From contig JBBQYG010000010.1 of NCBI GenBank assembly GCA_038208905.1, positions 1 to 44,078 on the forward strand: a stretch of 44,078 nucleotides of DNA, in the 5' to 3' direction. Shown here piece by piece: positions 26,926 through 36,216 of the stretch. How positions within the stretch are numbered: the stretch's first letter is position 1; every line of letters starts with the position of its first letter. Origin of the DNA: Candidatus Sumerlaeia bacterium (GTDB lineage: Bacteria; Sumerlaeota; Sumerlaeia; SLMS01). Under the pieces are notes generated by a model, which was given only the letters and a program-made list of their open reading frames with translations, did no database searches and was not told the origin of the DNA. The position numbers and the translations under genes were made by a program.

Positions 26926-27879
26926 TCAGCCCCCGATCGCCGCGTCGATGCGGGCCATGTGATCCGGCGTCAGCGCGACATCGACGGCGCGCAGATTGTC
27001 GGTGACCTGAGACGCCTTCGACGCGCCGATGATGGCCGATGAAATGCCAGGCCGATGCAGGATCCACGCGAGGGAGAGCTGGGCCATCGTGCAGCCAAGC
27101 TCCTCCGCGATGGGGCGCAGGCTCTGGATGCGGCGCAGCAACCCATCGTCCACAAGCCGCTTGGCGATGAAGGCGTTCTGGCGGTCGTCCGCCGCGCGGC
27201 TGTCGGCGGGTGGCGGCTGGCCGGGAAGGTACTTCCCCGTGAGCAGGCCCTGGGCCAGCGGGCAGAACACTACTTGGCCGATCCCCTGCTCGATGCAGAG
27301 CGGAATCACGTCGGGCTCCACCTGGCGGTCGATCACGTTGTAGGGCGGCTGGCTGCTGACGGGGCGTGTATATCCGCGCGCATCGCAGAGCGCGATGGCG
27401 CGCTTGATCTCCGCCGTGGGCCACAGCGAGAATCCCCAGTAGAGGGCCTTCCCCTGGCGGATCAGGTCGTCCATGGCGCGGACGGTTTCCTCCAGCGGCG
27501 TCTCCTCGTCGAAGCGGTGGCACTGGTAGACATCGACATAGTCGGTCTTCAGGCGGCGCAGGCTGGCGTGGCACTGCTCCATGATGTGCTTGCGCGAAAG
27601 GCCCTTGTCGTTGGGGCCGTCGCCCATCGCGAAGAATACCTTGGTCGCCAGAACGTAGTCCGACCGCGTGCGCCCGACAAGCAGCCGCCCCCACATCTCC
27701 TCGCAGGCGCCGCGCGCATAGACGTTGGCGGTATCCAGAAAGTTGATCCCCCCGTCGAAGGCGCGCGCCAGCACGTCGCGGCCCGTTTCCTCGCCCACGG
27801 CGTTGCCAAACGTCAGCCAGCCCCCCAGCCCGATGGCGGAGACCTTGACCCCCGCGCTTCCCAGACGGCGATATTCCAT
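26926..27879 (-). CDS. Aldo/keto reductase
   Basis: GINFLDTANVY, ATKV, SLRRLKTDYVDVYQCH, PLAQGLLTGKY. Confidence 0.95.
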   Translation of the reverse strand: MEYRRLGSAGVKVSAIGLGGWLTFGNAVGEETGRDVLARAFDGGINFLDTANVYARGACEEMWGRLLVGRTRSDYVLATKVFFAMGDGPNDKGLSRKHIMEQCHASLRRLKTDYVDVYQCHRFDEETPLEETVRAMDDLIRQGKALYWGFSLWPTAEIKRAIALCDARGYTRPVSSQPPYNVIDRQVEPDVIPLCIEQGIGQVVFCPLAQGLLTGKYLPGQPPPADSRAADDRQNAFIAKRLVDDGLLRRIQSLRPIAEELGCTMAQLSLAWILHRPGISSAIIGASKASQVTDNLRAVDVALTPDHMARIDAAIGG

Positions 27880-27964
27880 GAGCCCGCTCCTCGCGCCGCG
27901 TTGTCGCGTTCATCACGCACAACAGGGCAACGGCGCGCAATCGACATGCGGGCGCTGGAAGGAG

Positions 27965-28438
27965 ATGAAAATCGTGCCTCCCATCGCGGCGGGAATCCTG
28001 ATGTATCGTGAGGCGGCGCCCGGCATCGAGGTCCTCCTTGGGCACCCCGGCGGCCCAATTTATACCCGCAAGGACGACGGCGTGTGGTCGATTCCCAAGG
28101 GCATTGCGGAACCGGGGGAGGACCTGTTGGCGGCGGCGCGGCGGGAGTTCAACGAGGAGACGGGCTTCCCACCCGTCGGCGATCCCATCGCCCTGGGCGA
28201 GGTCGCCTACAGCCGCCGCAGCAAGATCGTCCACGTGTGGGCAATGCGGTGGACCGGCGGAAAATTGCAGCCGATCAAGTCCAACGCCTTCGAGATGGAG
28301 TGGCCCCCGCGCTCGGGCCGAAAGGTCGCCTTCCCCGAAATCGACCGCGCCGAGTTCCTGGACATCGCCACCGCCCGCCGCCGCATCATCCCGGCACAGG
28401 AGCCTTTTCTGGACCGGTTGCTGGCGCTGCTGGCTTAG
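27965..28438 (+). CDS. NUDIX hydrolase
   Basis: HPGGP, WSIPKG..EDLLAAARREFNEETG Nudix box, EWPPRSG..FPEIDR. Confidence 0.92.
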   Translation: MKIVPPIAAGILMYREAAPGIEVLLGHPGGPIYTRKDDGVWSIPKGIAEPGEDLLAAARREFNEETGFPPVGDPIALGEVAYSRRSKIVHVWAMRWTGGKLQPIKSNAFEMEWPPRSGRKVAFPEIDRAEFLDIATARRRIIPAQEPFLDRLLALLA

Positions 28439-28462
28439 CAGATTCGTAATGGCCGCCCCCTG

Positions 28463-29608
28463 CTACTGCTTCAGGCAGGGAACCAATTCGACGATCCTGG
28501 TTTCGATCAATTCCGCCACGGCGCGGTTGGCGGGGCGTTGCAGGTGGACGAAGTCGAGCCAGGTCTCGGCGGGGGGCATCGCGGCCTCGCGCTGGCGGAG
28601 GAGACCGCGTGTGTCGGCGACGGGGACGCCGCGCTCGGCGGCGATGCGGACGATGGCCTCGGCATAGCGCGCCTGAAGGGGGAACTTGGGCCGCTCGTCT
28701 GGGTGAATCTCGGGTGTGAGCAGCAGCAACGGAATCTGGCGCTCCCCCGCCCAGTCGCAAATCGCGTTCAGGTTCTCCTCGAATTGCGAGATCGGAACAC
28801 GGCGCGGGCGGTCGGCGTTCTCCGCGTTGTGATAGCCCTCGGTGCGGAGCCGTTCGTCCAGCGCCACGTTGCGCCGCCCCACTCCCCGCCAGTGCCACAG
28901 GCGCCAGATGCGATACAGGCTGCTCACCGCGAGCGGCGAATGGGCGGCGCGCCATTCCGAGTCGAAGAGGTTGTCCGCCACGGCGCGCCGCTCGTCCCAT
29001 TCGGGGGCCTCGTGCAGCACCTGATAGTCGTTGTACCACCCCACGGAAACGATCATCGCGTCGGGCTGGAGCTGCTCCGCATAGTGCTCCACATCGTACC
29101 GCGTGCCATGCGACGACGTGGCGACGCGGCCCAAGTTGAGGACTTCCGCGCCGGGGCGATGCGCGCGGAGCGCCCCCTGCAGGATCGACGGCCACGCATG
29201 CTCCTCCTCGACAAAAAGGCCAAACACCGTGGAATCCCCGAGCGCCAAAATCCGGCAGGCGCCGGGAACCTTGGCGCCATAGTCGGGTCCGCGAAATCCC
29301 ATGCTGTTGATGCGGAATCCCGCCAGGTAGTCGGGGTAGTTCCCCTCCCGCGGGCGATAGAGCTCGCCCTCGCTCATTCGAAGCGTGCGCAGATTCAAGT
29401 CCTGGTTGGGGAGGAAGCGGTTCTGCGTGAATGACGCGCCCCACAGGCCAAGGACGATCTCCAGCGGAACCGCCAGCACCAGCGGCGCCACCAGCAACGC
29501 CAGCGCCACCCGCAGCGGCGACAGGCGCCTCGGCGGCGCAAGCGGGAGCGGTCGCTCCTCCGCCGCGAGGCGGGCGACGGCGTCGGTTTTGTCGATCACT
29601 TGCTGCAT
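28463..29608 (-). CDS. SGNH/GDSL hydrolase family protein, membrane-anchored
   Basis: INSMGFRG, LGDSTVFG, GWYND, DFVH. Confidence 0.88.
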   Translation of the reverse strand: MQQVIDKTDAVARLAAEERPLPLAPPRRLSPLRVALALLVAPLVLAVPLEIVLGLWGASFTQNRFLPNQDLNLRTLRMSEGELYRPREGNYPDYLAGFRINSMGFRGPDYGAKVPGACRILALGDSTVFGLFVEEEHAWPSILQGALRAHRPGAEVLNLGRVATSSHGTRYDVEHYAEQLQPDAMIVSVGWYNDYQVLHEAPEWDERRAVADNLFDSEWRAAHSPLAVSSLYRIWRLWHWRGVGRRNVALDERLRTEGYHNAENADRPRRVPISQFEENLNAICDWAGERQIPLLLLTPEIHPDERPKFPLQARYAEAIVRIAAERGVPVADTRGLLRQREAAMPPAETWLDFVHLQRPANRAVAELIETRIVELVPCLKQ

Positions 29609-29660
29609 GGGCGCCGCGAGATTCCCGGCGGCGGCGAAAATGCGTCAAGTGGTTCCAAGT

Positions 29661-30953
29661 TCACCGGCTCGCCGCAGGCAGGCGCACCCGAAACCGCGCC
29701 CCGCCCATTTCCTCGGACTTATCCACGGTGATGGTGCCGCCAAGGTCCTCGACGATGGTGCGGCAGATATACAGACCCAGCCCGCTTCCGCCGCTGGCGG
29801 CGCGGCCCGTGACGAAGGGGGAGAACACCTCGGCGCGTTTCTCCTCGGGGATGCCGGGGCCGCTGTCCTCCACGTCGATCACGAGCCAATCGCCATCCGT
29901 GGGCTGGCGGGACACGGGCAGGATGCCCGTGCTACCTTTGTCTGCCATTCCCCATTCCTCATTCTCCATTCCTCGCACGCGAAGCGTCCCCCCGTGCCCC
30001 ATCGCCTGGAAGGCATTCAGGAAGAGGTTGCTGAAGAGCTGGACGAAGCGGTGGGGAATCCCCTCGATGAGGAACTCGCGGTCGGGGGGGAAGTGAACCT
30101 GCGTCTGGACGTTGCCGCGCTCGTAGCCGACTAGGCGGAGCGAGCGGTCGACGGCCTCGGCGAGATCGCACCATTCGCGGTTCTCCGCGGCGGCGTTGAC
30201 GAAGGCCTCCATGCCAAGCTCGCGGAGCATCTGGAGGAAGAGATCGGTCTGGGCGCGGACGCTGCGGAGCACCTCCTCGATAGGCTGGCCGGTGCCGTCG
30301 AGGGCGTCGTCAACCTCGTGCTTGATGTTGAGGACGGGCTTCTTGATGTCGTGGAAGACGTTGGCGGAGAGCTGTCCGGCGAGGGCGAGGCGTTCGAGCT
30401 GGATGACCTGGACCTTGCGTTGTTCCAGTTCGGACTGGAGGCGGTTGACCTGGGCCTCCTTGCCGCGCTGGCGCGCGAGGAGCGCCCCCAGCCCGCCCAC
30501 CAGCAGCAGGCCCAGCAGCATGATCGCCGCGTTCACCGCGTGGATCGTGGAGCGGTCGATGCGGACGTAGAGGTAGCCCGCGGGCTCCGCCCCCACGGGG
30601 AGGCGAATCCAGCCGGGGGCGTCGCGCCACCGGGGCTCCGTCAGGTCCACGTAGAAGGGAACCAGTGTCAGCTCTCGCCCGTCGGCGGCGCGCTTGACGA
30701 CGCGGAGGGAACGGATCAGCTCGTTCTCCGACGCGGCGGCAAGGCGCTCGATTTCGCCGAAGATCACCGAGTCGGATTCGGGCCGCCCGAGGACTCCCGT
30801 GGCCTCGAACCGGCGCACCGTTCCATCGAGCACCGATTGCTGGCCCGCCACCAGCCGCCCGCGCAGCCACAGCAGCGTCCCCGCCGCGCCCAGCAGCATC
30901 CCCATCGCCAGCAACAGCGGCCAGATCGGGGCGTTGCGGTCGCGCCGCTTCAA
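29661..30953 (-). CDS. Sensor histidine kinase
   Basis: Two TM helices, H-box FHDIKKP, NLFLNAFQA, DSGPGI, GSGLGL. Confidence 0.92.
   Translation of the reverse strand: MKRRDRNAPIWPLLLAMGMLLGAAGTLLWLRGRLVAGQQSVLDGTVRRFEATGVLGRPESDSVIFGEIERLAAASENELIRSLRVVKRAADGRELTLVPFYVDLTEPRWRDAPGWIRLPVGAEPAGYLYVRIDRSTIHAVNAAIMLLGLLLVGGLGALLARQRGKEAQVNRLQSELEQRKVQVIQLERLALAGQLSANVFHDIKKPVLNIKHEVDDALDGTGQPIEEVLRSVRAQTDLFLQMLRELGMEAFVNAAAENREWCDLAEAVDRSLRLVGYERGNVQTQVHFPPDREFLIEGIPHRFVQLFSNLFLNAFQAMGHGGTLRVRGMENEEWGMADKGSTGILPVSRQPTDGDWLVIDVEDSGPGIPEEKRAEVFSPFVTGRAASGGSGLGLYICRTIVEDLGGTITVDKSEEMGGARFRVRLPAASR
29913..29973 (-). repeat. GTAG-type REP plus heptamer repeats inserted in frame in the kinase
   Basis: Minus-strand GTAGCACGGGCATCCTGCCCGTG (29935-29913) next to CCATTCC-like repeats. 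Confidence 0.75.
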
Positions 30954-31969
30954 AACGGAACCTCGCCCACGCGGCGTGAAAACTCATCGAGCAACTGCGT
31001 CACGGCGCCGTAATCGAGGTCCGTGGCCGTGGCGTATTGCAGCTCGCCAAGGCCGCCGCGAAGGGAGAACTCCCGGATCGCGCGGCGTAGCTCCCGCCCG
31101 AGCGCCGACGCGCGGGGCTCCAGCGATGGCAGGAGAACCACCGGATCGGTAGGGATGCGGTCGGACCGCAGAATCACGCGGATCAATTGGTCGCGCTTAT
31201 CCTTGAGACCCTCCTGCTCCAGCAGGCGGTCGAGCGCCTGTTCCTCGCAGGCGCCGATGTCGGCCACGCCGGAGAGAACGCCCTTGGCGACTTCCTCGGA
31301 ACTTTCGAACCACAGGTAGCCGCCCTCGGCCCCGCGGATGTTGTAGTCCTCCGCAAGGCGGAGCAGCGGCGCCTCGAATCCCGCGACGCTTTGAGTGCCC
31401 GCGACGGCGAGGCGTTCGCGGGAGAGGTAGTCGGCGAGGGATTCGGCGGTGATCTCCTTGGTCCCGTGCAACGGCGAGCGGCTGCTGACGAAGATGACGC
31501 CCTGACGCCACACGCGACCGTTGGGGGAGAAGGAGTCCTCCTTACGCCGCGACTTCAGGACCGCCGTATATCCAACCGTTTGGCGCGCATAGAGCGTGGC
31601 CGGCGTGAACGCGACGTGAAATTCGCGCTGGTTCAGGCGCCTCGCCATATCGGAATATCCATCGCACGCAAAGAGCCCGATCCCCGTGAAGCCCTCTCGC
31701 TCGAGTTCCGCGCGGACGACATCGTTCTTCCACAACGCATCGCGCATCCCCTCCAGCGCGCCGCCGCTCGGATGGCCGGAGGTCTCCCTCGCCAGATACC
31801 CCACCCGCAACAGCCGGGGCCGCGCAGTCGGCTGGGACAGGACCGGCGACAACGCGAGGAATATCAAACCGAGGATCAGAATAAGCCGGAATGTTCCATA
31901 GAGCCGACGGCCAATGGACGTTGGGGCCGGGGATCCGGGGTTGGTGTCTGCTGGTTTCGTGCCGCTCAT
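30950..31969 (-). CDS. PhnD-like periplasmic substrate-binding protein
   Basis: N-terminal TM/signal; LRVGY, SVAGFEAP, VLSGVADIGAC, IPTDPVV; overlaps the kinase start; start could be 32002. Confidence 0.7.
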   Translation of the reverse strand: MSGTKPADTNPGSPAPTSIGRRLYGTFRLILILGLIFLALSPVLSQPTARPRLLRVGYLARETSGHPSGGALEGMRDALWKNDVVRAELEREGFTGIGLFACDGYSDMARRLNQREFHVAFTPATLYARQTVGYTAVLKSRRKEDSFSPNGRVWRQGVIFVSSRSPLHGTKEITAESLADYLSRERLAVAGTQSVAGFEAPLLRLAEDYNIRGAEGGYLWFESSEEVAKGVLSGVADIGACEEQALDRLLEQEGLKDKRDQLIRVILRSDRIPTDPVVLLPSLEPRASALGRELRRAIREFSLRGGLGELQYATATDLDYGAVTQLLDEFSRRVGEVPF

Positions 31970-32123
31970 GCCGTGGTACCCGGCTGACTTGAGCGCCGCC
32001 ACGGGTTGGGATCAACCCCCAAGGTGCCGGCGGCGGGCCATCGTGCTTGCGCCGGGCGACGCGGGGGGGCTCCGCTGGAACCCTGAGTTGTCCACCCAGA
32101 ATTTCCACGGTGCCCCCCGCGTC

Positions 32124-32720
32124 ATGGCCTCACTCCGCATCGCCCTCGCCTCAGACCACGCCGGTTTCCCGCTGAAGCAGAAGCTCTCCGCCTGGCTGAC
32201 CCAGCAGGGCCACGCGGTGGAGGATTTTGGCTGCCGCAGCGAGGAGGCCGCCGATCTGAGCGACCACGCGGCGCCCGCGGCGGAGGCGCTCTCGCTTGGC
32301 CGCGTCGATCGCGCGCTGTTCGTGGACGGGGCCGGGTATCCGTCGGGGATTATCGCCAACATGTACCACGGGGTCTTTGCCGCCGTGTGCAACGACCCCG
32401 TCAGCGCCAAGCTCTCCCGCGAGCACGGCGACTCCAACGCGCTCTGCATCGGCGCCATGATCGTCGGCCAGTTGATGGCCCAGGAAATCCTCCGCGTCTT
32501 CCTCGCCTCCGAGCCCCAGCCCGGAAAATACGCCGCCCGCCGAGCCAAGGTCGCCGCCCTCGGCGCCAAGCACCGTGTCGCCACCACAGCGCGCCCCCGA
32601 CAGGTGATCACCGTCGCCGACGTGCGCGAGGCGATCCTGGAGAAGAAGCCGCTCCTGATCGATGCCGACACGGTGATCACGCCGAGCGTGATTGATGGGG
32701 TGAAGGGGATGAAGGCGTGA
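32124..32720 (+). CDS. rpiB: RpiB/LacA/LacB family sugar-phosphate isomerase with C-terminal extension
   Basis: IALASDHAGF, AKLSREHGDSNALCIG, YAARRAK. Confidence 0.8.
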   Translation: MASLRIALASDHAGFPLKQKLSAWLTQQGHAVEDFGCRSEEAADLSDHAAPAAEALSLGRVDRALFVDGAGYPSGIIANMYHGVFAAVCNDPVSAKLSREHGDSNALCIGAMIVGQLMAQEILRVFLASEPQPGKYAARRAKVAALGAKHRVATTARPRQVITVADVREAILEKKPLLIDADTVITPSVIDGVKGMKA

Positions 32721-32735
32721 GGGGGGATGGCCGCA

Positions 32736-33302
32736 TTAACTCATCCGGCGAACAAGCTCTCGCCAGTTCTTGCACGACCATGCGAGCGATGGAGGCAATG
32801 GTGGATTCACCAGTTGCCGCGTGCAGCGATCCGCGAGAACTTTGGCAGCATCGGCTACTTGCTTGCCATGCTTGATTCGCGGCCCCTCGGCTGACTCGTC
32901 GGTATTGCCAAGCGTCAGGAACTCGATCCAGTTCTCGAGTCGGTCCTTGGCGAAGGCAAAGACAATCTGGTCAAATTGCTCTCTCGTTATCCCCGCCAGA
33001 AGCGCGACATTCCAGAACTCGCGCCGGAGTTGTACCCCATCTTCCATATCGTCGTCCAGATCTGCCCAAACCATCAGCGTCGTATCGCCGCCCGCATTGA
33101 GGCAGGCCCTCAGTTCATCGGGCATCCTTGCGATGAGTTGGCTGCACGTGCCGCAATCCACCGAGCGGATGATATTGTTCCCCTTCCACGGCCGTATCCA
33201 TGCGGGATCGATGGCCTTGATCAGAGTGCGGATGAAGATGGGGTCGATGCTGCGTCCCGCCTTCCCTTCGTGGAGGCACACGACCTGGGTGCGACTAGCC
33301 AC
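32736..33302 (-). CDS. TOPRIM-like hypothetical protein (DUF4276-like)
   Basis: VCLHEG..D and VWADLD acidic motifs, LENW; overlaps the ATPase stop; more AT-rich than its flanks. Confidence 0.6.
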   Translation of the reverse strand: MASRTQVVCLHEGKAGRSIDPIFIRTLIKAIDPAWIRPWKGNNIIRSVDCGTCSQLIARMPDELRACLNAGGDTTLMVWADLDDDMEDGVQLRREFWNVALLAGITREQFDQIVFAFAKDRLENWIEFLTLGNTDESAEGPRIKHGKQVADAAKVLADRCTRQLVNPPLPPSLAWSCKNWRELVRRMS

Positions 33303-34407
33303 CGATCCACCCTCTCGCAATGGCCTCGGCGGGAGTAAGTCCGACGGGAACTTTCAGCGGCGATACTTGGGTTGGCGATGTGTGATCCTTGCGCCAAAGG
33401 TAGCGTCCGAACTCCTCGCCCGCGCTGCTAAGAATTTCCGGATGATGCGAGATCAGGATGGCTTGGTGATCGTCGTCGAGAATCTCGCGGAGCGACAGCA
33501 CCCAAGGCTGAAGCTCCGGCAGGCCGACGTAGTTGTCGGGCTCGTCGATGAACACGGTGTTCGCGGCGCCTGTGGCTAGCGCGGCGCGAACCATGTAGAG
33601 GGCCACGAGTGCCTTTTCGCCGTCGGAGAGTTGGTCGAAATAGAACCTCTGGTGCTGCCCGGCGCTGGGCGAATCGAACAGCAGGGATAGTGCCTTGGTG
33701 GTTTGACCCACATCCAGAAGCTGGAACGATGTGAAGTCAGGCCAAACATCCCGCAAGGATTCACGGAGTGAGTCCGCCCACTCTTGGTCCTGACAAAGAA
33801 ACTGATACCACGATACGAGCCTGGAAAGATCGAAGCCAGGGTTGCCCATGGGAGACTTGCTCTCGCCTTCCATCGCCCTTGGGTTTGGCCTCAGGATCAG
33901 TAAACCGGTGAGTGCATTCTGAAGGATCTGGATCTCACGCGTGTTGCTTGCGGGTTGGATGGCGCCTAATGCAGCCTGACGCTGATCCAGCGGAAAACGG
34001 GACTCTTCGTTCTCAGTCAGAGTTATAATCACTCCAGCGTGGTCGCGCTCAAAAAGGGTACGGCCATCACACGAAGCCAATTCAGCGGCGACGAGCGGCC
34101 TCTTGCCGTCATTGGTCCCGGTCAGGTGAAGGACATACTTGTAGTCATGACCTCCGACTCGCAGTTCCACCTCAAACTCCTGCACCGCCCCCTTCTCCCA
34201 AATGTCGTTCTGACTTCTCCATAGAATCCGCTCAAGCTCGCCGGCCAATTGCTGCTCGCCGGTCGCGAGCGCCCGAACCAAGCGAAGGGCGTCGAAGACG
34301 GAACTCTTTCCGGAACCGTTGGCGCCACATATCACGCAAAACGGCTCAAACCTCATCTCGAAATTGAAGAGGCAGCGGAAGTTGTGGACGTACAGTTTCG
34401 TTATCAT
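33295..34407 (-). CDS. ABC/AAA_21-type ATPase (RecF/SMC-like N-terminus)
   Basis: LYVHNFRC, GANGSGKSS, LSDGE signature, IDEPD Walker B, SHHP. Confidence 0.9.
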   Translation of the reverse strand: MITKLYVHNFRCLFNFEMRFEPFCVICGANGSGKSSVFDALRLVRALATGEQQLAGELERILWRSQNDIWEKGAVQEFEVELRVGGHDYKYVLHLTGTNDGKRPLVAAELASCDGRTLFERDHAGVIITLTENEESRFPLDQRQAALGAIQPASNTREIQILQNALTGLLILRPNPRAMEGESKSPMGNPGFDLSRLVSWYQFLCQDQEWADSLRESLRDVWPDFTSFQLLDVGQTTKALSLLFDSPSAGQHQRFYFDQLSDGEKALVALYMVRAALATGAANTVFIDEPDNYVGLPELQPWVLSLREILDDDHQAILISHHPEILSSAGEEFGRYLWRKDHTSPTQVSPLKVPVGLTPAEAIARGWIGG

Positions 34408-34471
34408 GGCCTTAGAATACGATGTGCCGATTCCCTGTCAATCCCCACCAATAAATACCGGGCCCCGCCCA

Positions 34472-34741
34472 TCACACGCCCCTCCTCAATTCCCGATTCA
34501 ACGCTTTTGCCAACGCCTTTTCTCCCGCGGGAATGCGGCGGAAGTCAACCTCGTGGACGGCGCCGATGAGGGCGTAGCACATCATGAGGTGGAGGCGGTC
34601 GGGGTAGCGTTCGAGGAGGCGGAGGTAGGCGTCCTCCCAGCCGATGGATTGCAGTTGCTCCAGCGTGTCGATGCCGATGGTGCGCAGTTCGGCTCCCGTG
34701 ACGGGACCGAGGTTGCGGGCTTGTTCGATGGGGGTGGTCAT
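34472..34741 (-). CDS. TfoX C-terminal domain protein
   Basis: NLGP..LRTIGIDTLEQLQSIG..CYALIGA; ATGA overlap with the flippase. Confidence 0.8.
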   Translation of the reverse strand: MTTPIEQARNLGPVTGAELRTIGIDTLEQLQSIGWEDAYLRLLERYPDRLHLMMCYALIGAVHEVDFRRIPAGEKALAKALNRELRRGV

Positions 34742-36063
34742 TTCTTGCGCTTGAGCAGGCGGAGCCACGGCTCCAGGTCGGCCCGGCCGAGGAGGAAGAG
34801 TTCCCGCGCGCCGACGTGTTCCTGCCACCGAAGGAACATGACGACGAACACGGCGAAGAGCAGTGCGTATCCCGCCGACGTGATGAGCGCGACGGCGACA
34901 AGCCCGCCGAGCTTCATGGCGAAGTAGGCGGCGACGGCCTGCACGGGGAGAATGCCCCAGTTGATCCACATGGGGATGTCGGGCCGGGCGAGGTGGCCGC
35001 TGAAGAAATTGGCGAGCATCCACGCGGCGTTGTGAAAGAGCCGACCGAGCAGAAAGATCAGGAACGGCACCACAGCCGGGGCAAAGTCGGCGGAATAGAT
35101 GATCGGGATCAGCGGGCTGCACGCCGCGCCGACAATCAGCAGGATCGCACCGAGGGCCAGCATCTGGCGAAAGCAGGCGGCGGCGAGGCGCGCGGCCTCG
35201 GGCGCGGGGGCGGTGCACAGGCGCGCGTAGCTGCTGCGCGAGAGCGCCTGGGGGAACACCCGCGTCCGCGCGGTGAGGCTGGTGGCGAGCGTATAGACGC
35301 CGAACGCCCCCGCGTCTCGCCCCACCTGCTGCACGAAGTACTGGTCGATGCGCTGGCCCAGCGTGGATCCCATGTTGCCGATATAGACGGCGAATCCATA
35401 GCGCAGGAACTCACGGGCTAGACCCGCATCGGGCATCGCCCACAGGCGGCGTCGCCTCCCCCTTACGATCATGCCCAGATGGACGCAGGAGAAAACGATG
35501 GTGGCGTAGTAGGCGAGGATCAGCGCGAACACGACCTCCGACCGCGGCACGATCACGATGAGCAACACCACGAGGAGGTTCTGGACCAGGTTGAAGGCCA
35601 CGTCGAACCCCGCCCGCGCGCGGATGCGCCCCATCCCCACCAGAAGCCCGTAGCAACCAGTCTGGTAGATCCAGAATGGCAGCGCCGCGACCAGAAGCGC
35701 GAGGCCAGGGCCCGAGAGGCCCGGCATCAGTGTGCCGAGGAAGAAGTCGCGGAACACCCACGCCGTCGCCCCCACCGCCGCGCCCATGCCAAGGCCCAGC
35801 GCCACGATGAGCGTGTGCAGCCGCGGCAGCAGCCGCCGGTCGCGCGCCACCATCACGCTCGCCGACAGCTCCACGCCCATATTGGTCAGCCCCAGCAGCA
35901 ACATCCCCGCGAAGCTCGTCGCGATCACGTACTCCCCCCGCCCCTCGTCGCCCAGCGACCTCGCCAGCACCACGCCGGCAAACAAGCTGAATACCATGAT
36001 GGCGCCCTGGGCCACCGAATCGAAGGCGGTGTTGCGGGCGATGGAGGGGCGGGGGCGGGGCAT
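34738..36063 (-). CDS. Oligosaccharide flippase (Wzx/MOP family)
   Basis: LARSLGDEGRGEY, RIDQYFV..GVYTLA; about 12 TM segments. Confidence 0.88.
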   Translation of the reverse strand: MPRPRPSIARNTAFDSVAQGAIMVFSLFAGVVLARSLGDEGRGEYVIATSFAGMLLLGLTNMGVELSASVMVARDRRLLPRLHTLIVALGLGMGAAVGATAWVFRDFFLGTLMPGLSGPGLALLVAALPFWIYQTGCYGLLVGMGRIRARAGFDVAFNLVQNLLVVLLIVIVPRSEVVFALILAYYATIVFSCVHLGMIVRGRRRRLWAMPDAGLAREFLRYGFAVYIGNMGSTLGQRIDQYFVQQVGRDAGAFGVYTLATSLTARTRVFPQALSRSSYARLCTAPAPEAARLAAACFRQMLALGAILLIVGAACSPLIPIIYSADFAPAVVPFLIFLLGRLFHNAAWMLANFFSGHLARPDIPMWINWGILPVQAVAAYFAMKLGGLVAVALITSAGYALLFAVFVVMFLRWQEHVGARELFLLGRADLEPWLRLLKRKK

Positions 36064-36149
36064 GGCGACGATCAGCAAGGAGGGTGTTGGTGAGCAGCAA
36101 CTGAAGAGGATGCTTGACCAACCGAAGGGCAATGGGGGACGCTCTGGCT

Positions 36150-36216
36150 GGAGATTCGGCCAAGGGGTTCGGCTCGTAAGGGCTTAGTCCCAACAGCTTT
36201 ATCTCCTTTTTCTTTT
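36150..36216 (-). ncRNA. Candidate structured RNA directly 3' of the DUF3800 gene
   Basis: A-rich leader, then GGAGAU/AUCUCC closing stem enclosing GCUG/UGGC, GGG/CCC and an apical hairpin; position matches the described DUF3800-associated RNA motifs. Confidence 0.55.
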
